NCBI GenBank assembly: GCA_025786725.1
Contig: JAHLTZ010000016.1
Coordinates: 372,001-436,000, forward strand
Length of the DNA stretch: 64,000 bases
Origin: Syncephalis fuscata S228
Lineage: Eukaryota; Fungi; Zoopagomycota
Reading direction: 5' to 3'
Positions 56,549 through 64,000 of the stretch are shown here, in pieces. The first letter of the stretch is position 1. Each line of letters starts with the position of its first letter. The position numbers were made by a program, and so were the translations under genes. Below the pieces are notes generated by a model. That model did not search any database. It had not been told where the DNA came from and saw only the letters and a list, made by a program, of their open reading frames with translations.

Positions 56549-57604
56549 TTTGCTATAAGCCAAATCAGTAAGTCCTTGAGGTACCAATTATTTTTCATTG
56601 GTTTTTTGCTTTAGTTTGTTTTTTTGTATTCTATCTTGCTTAATTTGTCAAAAGTGGTTTCAGAAATGTGGGCAGAACTTAGGCCTTAGATGATTACCGG
56701 CTGATATGCAATCCACAGCCACTATGCATTCGAAATTACTGGTAATTGTTTAATGCTTTCTATTGGGTCTAGCTAGTGTCTGCATATTGCATTGCGTGTA
56801 GTTTAGCCGATGCAATTTAGTCTACACCTGAAAACTGGTGACGAAAATGACCTGTTGGAATGTTTCATTGCTCAAATGCTGTGATGCATCACCCTACAAA
56901 TAGTACTTATTGTATAGTCAATTGCAAATAATTTAGATGAGCCGCCATTTAAATGATGGTAGTTGCGCAGCATGTAGTATGGTATGCCTGGATGTGATGC
57001 ATTGTGAATTCAAAGCAATAATTACCCCCCCCATAACAATGGGCATAGTGTCGAATGAAATGTATACATGTGCCAATCAACACACTTTATAATTTAAAAA
57101 TTATGGCTGGCCTATGTATGGCAATAAAACCTGTATAAAATACCAATTTGATATATTAAACTTGTTTTTGCATCAGTGTTGCGTGCTATTCTGTATGCAA
57201 CAGATATTGAGGACTAAATCGGTAGAAATGGCAGCAAAGACTTCATTATCGTTTTTACCAAATAGTTAAATCGTGTAACAAAAAATTCAGGCTAATATGC
57301 CTATTTTTATCCCATAGTACTGGATTACGAACATTGTTACACCATTCGTGTAAATAACTAGCAGATTGAAGTAAAGACCGGGCAAGTTAAAATCAGGACC
57401 AAACAGGTTAAAACCAAGGCTGAGATACATATTATTACGCCATGAATCTATTGGTACATGTGCACCTCAACCACTGTTTGGATTGTTTTATTGGTTCATA
57501 TTACACATCAATGGTATATATCGTATACTACAGTATACTAGCATTTCAACAAGATTATAAGTTTAAATAGCCCACAAAATATACACAACCAACTGCAATA
57601 TCAT
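56549..57604 (+). repeat. ~1.05-kb segmental duplication, copy 1 (upstream/promoter region of the micro-exon gene)
   Basis: Essentially identical to 62943-64000; only difference noticed is C8 vs C10 in a homopolymer. Confidence 0.96.
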
Positions 57605-57706
57605 CATCACGCTCTACTTCTTGCTAAACACGCACTATTCACCACTTTACACCAACCACACTCTACTATCTCTTTTATTTGTTTGTCTTAACAAATCAAT
57701 ATTACC

Positions 57707-60700
57707 ATGAAGCTTTCTATTGCCGCCGTTTGCACCATTGTCGTGGCTATCATGGCCAGTACAGCCATGGTAGATGCTAAACCAGCCTTAGTTCGCCGTG
57801 GTGGTATGTTGCAATAACAATAAATATACCATAATATTTTGTTTACTAACAGTATTTCTAACTAATGATTATAATAGCCAGTAGGTTGTATTATATACTA
57901 CTTGACTATAAATTAACTATATTATTGATTGATTGTACCGTTTATTTAATATTAATAGAGGGTAAGTTGTACTATATATTGCTTAACTATACATTAACTA
58001 TGTGCCATATACTGTATCTATCAACAATTTGATATTGATAGAATGTAAGTTGTATTGTATATCAATTGATTACTTACTAATTATATACTATGTACTGCGT
58101 GCATCAATGACTTAATACTAATAGGCAGTAAGTGATATTGTATATTGATGATATAAATTAATCATACTATGTATCGTGTGTATCAACAACTCAATGACAT
58201 AGATGGTAAAGTGTATCGTGTATTAAATGACTATGAACTAATTTTATACCATGCACCGTGTATATTAACAACTTGATACTAATAGCATGTAAGTTATATT
58301 GCATATCACTTGATAATTGCCTAATCATATATTATGTGTTGTATGTATCAATAACTTCATACTAATAGGCAGTAAGTAGCATTGTATGTGCTGATTTATA
58401 AATTAATTATGTGTCATGCACTGTGTGTATCAATAATTTGATGAAATAGTGGGCAAGTAATATTGCATATTAACTGACTATGCACTAATTATATACTGTG
58501 TACTGTGTGTGTATCGACAATTCAATGCAATAGCTAGTAAGTAGCATTGTATATTAACTAATTACTCACTAATTATATCCATGTACTGTGTGCATCAATA
58601 AATATTAATAGAATGTAAGTAGCATTGTATATTAATCGACTATACACTAATCACATGCTATTTACTGATTGAACTGATTATTTAATATTAACAGGCAGTA
58701 AGTTGTATTGTATATTAATGAACTATACATTAACTATACTATTTACTGATTGAAATGATGTTTAATATTAATAGAGAGTATGTTGTATTGTATATTAACT
58801 GATTACTCACTAATCATATGCGATTTATTAATTGTACTTATTGTTTAATCTTAATAGGCGGTAAGTTGTATTGTATATTAACTAACTATAAGCTAACAAT
58901 AATATGTGCTAATTGTGCTAACTATTTAATATTAATAGACAGTAAGTGGCATTTTGTGTTAATTAGCTATACATTAACTGCTATTTGCTGATTGTATTAA
59001 TTATTAATATCAATAGACAGTAAGTAGTATTGTATATTGACTGAATATACATTAACTATAATATTTACTGATGATATTAATTATTTAATATTAATAGTTT
59101 GTAAGTGATATTGTGTATTAATTAACTACATTAGCTATGTTATTTACTAATTGTACTAATTATTTAATATTAATAGTTAGTAAGTGGTATTGTGTATTAC
59201 TTGACTATACACTAATCACATGCTATTTATTGATTGTACCAATTATTTAATATTAATAGGATGTAAGTTGTATTGTATATTAATTGGCTGCATTAACTAT
59301 GCTATTTACTGATTGTATCGATTATTTAATATTAATAGATGGTAAGTTGTATTGTGTACTAATTAATTACTCACTAATCACGTGCTATTTATTGATTGTA
59401 CTTATTGTTTGATATTAATAGGCGGTAAGTTGTATTTTATAATAATTAATTATACATTGACTATACTATTTATTGACGGTACCAATTATTTAATATTGAT
59501 AGAGGGTAAGTGGTATTGTATACCAATGAACTATACACTAATTATATGCTGTTTGTTGATTGTACTGATTATTTAATATTAACAGGCCGTAAGTTGTATT
59601 GTATATTAATTGACTATACATTAATTATTTATTTATGATTGAAATGATGTTTAATATTAATAGGCGGTAAGTAATATTGCATATTAGTTAACAATATATT
59701 AACTATGCTATTTATTGATTGCACCGATTATTTGTTATTAATAGTTGGTAAGTTGTATTGTATATTAACTAACTATAAGCTAACAATAATATTTACTAAT
59801 TATGCTAATTATTTAATATTAATAGACAGTAAGTGGCATTTTGTGTTAATTAGCTATACATTAACTGCTATTTGCTGATTGTATTAATTATTAATATCAA
59901 TAGACAGTAAGTAGTATTGTATATTGACTGAATATACATTAACTATAATATTTACTGATGATATTAATTATTTAATATTAATAGTTTGTAAGTTGTATTG
60001 CGTATTAACTGATTATACATTAACTATATTATTTGCTAATTGTACCAACTGTTTAATATTAATAGGCGTAAGTAGTATTGTATATCAATGAACTATACAC
60101 TAACAATAATATTTACTAATTGTACTAATTATTTAATATTAATAGGCCGTAAGTTGTATTGTGTATTAACTAACTATACATTAACAATACTATTTAATGA
60201 TTGTACCGATTATTTGATATTAATAGAAGGTAAGTGGTATTGTGTATTAACTAACTATACATTAACAATACTATTTAATGATTGTACCAATTATTTAATA
60301 TTGATAGGGGGTAAGTGGTATTGTATATTAATGAACTATACACTAACAATGATATTTACTGATTGTACCGATTATTTAATATTGATAGATGGTAAGTGAC
60401 AGTGTGCATTAACTAACTATACATTAGCAATAATATTTACTGATTGTACCGATTATTTAATATTAATAGGCAGTAAGTTGTATTGTATATTAATAAACTA
60501 TACACTAACAATGATATTTATTTATTGCATCGATTATTTAATATTAACAGTTTGTAAGTTATATTTTATATTAGTTGTTTATATATTGACTATGCTATTA
60601 CTAATTGTACCGATTATTTAATAACAATAGCGAGTAAGTTGTATTGTATATTAATCCTACTATTTACTGATTATACTAATTATTTAATATTAATAGCCTG

Positions 60701-61260
60701 TAAGTTTATTGTATATTAGTTGATATACATTAACTATGTTATTCACTGATTGTATTAATTATTTAATATTAATAGTTTGTAAGTGACATTGTATATTAAC
60801 TGACTATACATTAACTATGTTATTTACTAATTGTGCTGATTGTTTAATATTAATAGGCAGTAAGTTTTATTTTATATTAATTAACTATACATTAACTATA
60901 CTATTTACTAATTGTACTGATTGTTTAATATTAATAGGCAGTAAGTTTTATTTTATATTAATTAACTATACATTAACTATACTATTTACTGATTGTACTG
61001 CTTATTTATTATTAATAGGCAGTAAGTTTTATTTTATATTAATTAACTATACACTAATCACATGCTATTTATTGATTATACCAATTATTTAATATTAATA
61101 GAATGTAAGTTGTATTTTATATTAATTGGCTGCATTAACTATGCTATTTACTAATTGTACTAATTATTTATTATTAATAGGCAGTAAGTAGCATTGTGCA
61201 TTGATGGCTTATACATTAATTATATGGCATATAATATCTTTATTCGTAAATACAGCATAA
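57707..61260 (+). CDS. Micro-exon gene for a small secreted Cys-rich prepropeptide (~75 aa): 44 exons, 43 phase-1 introns, 42 internal exons of 3 nt (one reads 2 nt)
   Basis: Exon 1 57707-57803 MKLSIAAVCTIVVAIMASTAMVDAKPALVRRG+G; every repeat unit reads YAG|NNN|GTAAGT-like; manual splice gives AKECNACMAKCKSDNIFRYGEGRVDNIC(X)QGDGISTFCSSKCT then TAA 61258-61260. Confidence 0.85.
57881..61183 (+). repeat. Tandem array of ~81-bp units, each one intron (63-81 nt) plus one 3-nt exon
   Basis: Consensus GTAAGTTGTATTGTATATTAA..ACTATACATTAACTAT..TATTTACTGATTGTACC.ATTATTTAATATTAATAG-NNN. Confidence 0.95.
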
Positions 61261-62942
61261 TCAATGGTTTCAAGACATTAGCATTGGTGGTGCAATCAAG
61301 CCACTATTCCAATACACTTTAGGTATATATTCGGTGAAAAGCAAGACCATTTGACAACTACGCCGTCCTGTCTATCCATATATCAAGTTTTGGCCAATGC
61401 TCCGGTTTATCCAGTCTTTAATTAATGGAATCATTATTTTATCAACAAACTTGCATATAGCTGTTCCTATTCAGCTGTCCAAGTTTATAGTAATAAACTT
61501 ATGGTTTCATCTTAACTGTATACAATCAAATTGCTATATCTATAACCATGTTCTATTTGCATCCAATAATGGCAATTATTGATCGAATAGTTAAATTAAC
61601 AAAAGACATGTACAATTATATTGTATTAGCCATAAGCATAGGATGGTATGAATATGGTAATGTTAAATGTGAATATTGTAGTAATGTATATTAGCAATAA
61701 AGTTGACTGTGCTTAGTTGTAAATATACCATGGGTAGTAACAAATCTATCACTATCATATGATGAAATGATGTTGTACTGATATTGATATAAAAATAATT
61801 TTTGATTGTTAACAACCTAGCACTACATTGTGACAGCTAGCAACTTAATGGCTACCGTCTTGTTTACGCTTACTTCTATCACCTAAGCACTAGCGACTAC
61901 TAATTAATCGCTTATATTAATATAACATGAACCTGATGCTATTATAAAATAAGCAATAAATAATTCTTCTTTTAATTATTGATTACCACAGTTAAGCTTT
62001 TCACAACTAAATAACATTTGTAACTAAAGCAGAGAAAAGAATATAGAACCAAAGATATAGATATGTTTATTATAATGCCAATAAAGCTAGTGTTTTATAG
62101 TAAATACTGTTGTTAATAGAATTTAAACTTTGTCCATATGGTTGATCATATGTCAGTAAATAACAAGTATCTACTGGTTATGTCCCTGTATAAATGTTTA
62201 TGATTGTTAGTACTAGTATTTAATATATTCCTGTTGCGGCTATTTATATGTTATCGTTAGCATGCTGTTCAATTACATGGTAGATGTCATGGATCAATCG
62301 CATGGTGAATAATCATGGCCATAATACCGTAATTCAATACCGTAATGACATGCTGCTATTTTTATTGTCAAGTAAATTAAACAGATAACTGACGTTATAG
62401 CAATAAAACTGATATCTGATTAGTACAATATCTAATATTGGATTACTACGCATTTACACATAGTATAAACTATATATTTTATAGTAAAAATGGTGTCGAT
62501 ACTACTTTACTATTTACTTTAGCTGTATATGCTTTTATGAAACAAACGGCTGATATAAATGATTTTGAACACGCATTTCAATTTAATAAATAAATATTTC
62601 CTTTTCTCCTGTTTAATAATTTAAAACAGCATGAAATCATTACTTATGATATTTAACTATATGAATTCTCATTTTAGCTGGTCAACGACCTCATGGGTAA
62701 ACATTTGTTGACAATATCCTCCACTATTGTCTAATTTTTCCTTATTCATTTACCCTCTCCTCAATACTCCCCTTGTACAATCTAAAACATAACAGTATGT
62801 GTGCATTGTGCAGTTTTATTAAATGCTATGCATAATATTTTTTGTTTTCATGCGTTACTTTCGTTTAGCACTATCGTTCTAGCTGTATCATCAATAGTTG
62901 GATTGTTGCTAAACTCAGTCTAAAATGGTATGACGGTAATAG

Positions 62943-64000
62943 TTTGCTATAAGCCAAATCAGTAAGTCCTTGAGGTACCAATTATTTTTCATTGGTTTTT
63001 TGCTTTAGTTTGTTTTTTTGTATTCTATCTTGCTTAATTTGTCAAAAGTGGTTTCAGAAATGTGGGCAGAACTTAGGCCTTAGATGATTACCGGCTGATA
63101 TGCAATCCACAGCCACTATGCATTCGAAATTACTGGTAATTGTTTAATGCTTTCTATTGGGTCTAGCTAGTGTCTGCATATTGCATTGCGTGTAGTTTAG
63201 CCGATGCAATTTAGTCTACACCTGAAAACTGGTGACGAAAATGACCTGTTGGAATGTTTCATTGCTCAAATGCTGTGATGCATCACCCTACAAATAGTAC
63301 TTATTGTATAGTCAATTGCAAATAATTTAGATGAGCCGCCATTTAAATGATGGTAGTTGCGCAGCATGTAGTATGGTATGCCTGGATGTGATGCATTGTG
63401 AATTCAAAGCAATAATTACCCCCCCCCCATAACAATGGGCATAGTGTCGAATGAAATGTATACATGTGCCAATCAACACACTTTATAATTTAAAAATTAT
63501 GGCTGGCCTATGTATGGCAATAAAACCTGTATAAAATACCAATTTGATATATTAAACTTGTTTTTGCATCAGTGTTGCGTGCTATTCTGTATGCAACAGA
63601 TATTGAGGACTAAATCGGTAGAAATGGCAGCAAAGACTTCATTATCGTTTTTACCAAATAGTTAAATCGTGTAACAAAAAATTCAGGCTAATATGCCTAT
63701 TTTTATCCCATAGTACTGGATTACGAACATTGTTACACCATTCGTGTAAATAACTAGCAGATTGAAGTAAAGACCGGGCAAGTTAAAATCAGGACCAAAC
63801 AGGTTAAAACCAAGGCTGAGATACATATTATTACGCCATGAATCTATTGGTACATGTGCACCTCAACCACTGTTTGGATTGTTTTATTGGTTCATATTAC
63901 ACATCAATGGTATATATCGTATACTACAGTATACTAGCATTTCAACAAGATTATAAGTTTAAATAGCCCACAAAATATACACAACCAACTGCAATATCAT
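62943..64000 (+). repeat. ~1.05-kb segmental duplication, copy 2 (runs off window end)
   Basis: Identical to 56549-57604 at offset ~6395 bp. Confidence 0.96.

Noticed and set aside
59382-61092. ORF-track proteins with repeated NYTLTILFTDCTDYLILIG motifs
   Set aside because: Artefacts of translating 81-bp (27-codon) intron units; frequently interrupted by stops.
57881-61183. CRISPR array or plain minisatellite interpretation of the ~81-bp repeats
   Set aside because: Eukaryotic context, no cas genes, no unique spacers (the variable slot is only 3 nt). Conserved splice signals plus a sensible spliced ORF explain the array better.

Overview
Eukaryotic, intron-rich, AT-rich fungal genomic DNA with mostly ~45-80 nt GT-AG introns. 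The gene content (expanded secreted carboxylesterases, a PA-domain S8 subtilisin, a divergent F-box protein) suggests an early-diverging fungus such as a Zoopagomycota parasite; this is inference only. About 20 protein genes can be reconstructed: 3 type-B carboxylesterases, a LIM protein, Rab5/Ypt5, an Mbp1/Res2-like factor, an F-box protein, an atypical Rho, an m-AAA protease, a subtilisin, a C2-EML fusion, WDR44, ARG2, Dabb, APEH and small secreted proteins. There is also a U4 snRNA and several dispersed repeats. The standout is 57707-61260. What looks like an ~81-bp satellite is a secreted-peptide gene in which every codon after the first residue of the mature peptide is split by an intron: 43 homologous phase-1 introns separate 42 micro-exons (41 of 3 nt, one of 2 nt). 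Hand-splicing gives signal peptide + Kex2-like RR site + a 6-Cys peptide and lands exactly on a TAA in the last exon. Its ~1.05-kb upstream region recurs almost identically at the window end, which predicts a tandem paralog just outside. Several conserved genes show single-base deletions, so the assembly appears to carry indel errors.
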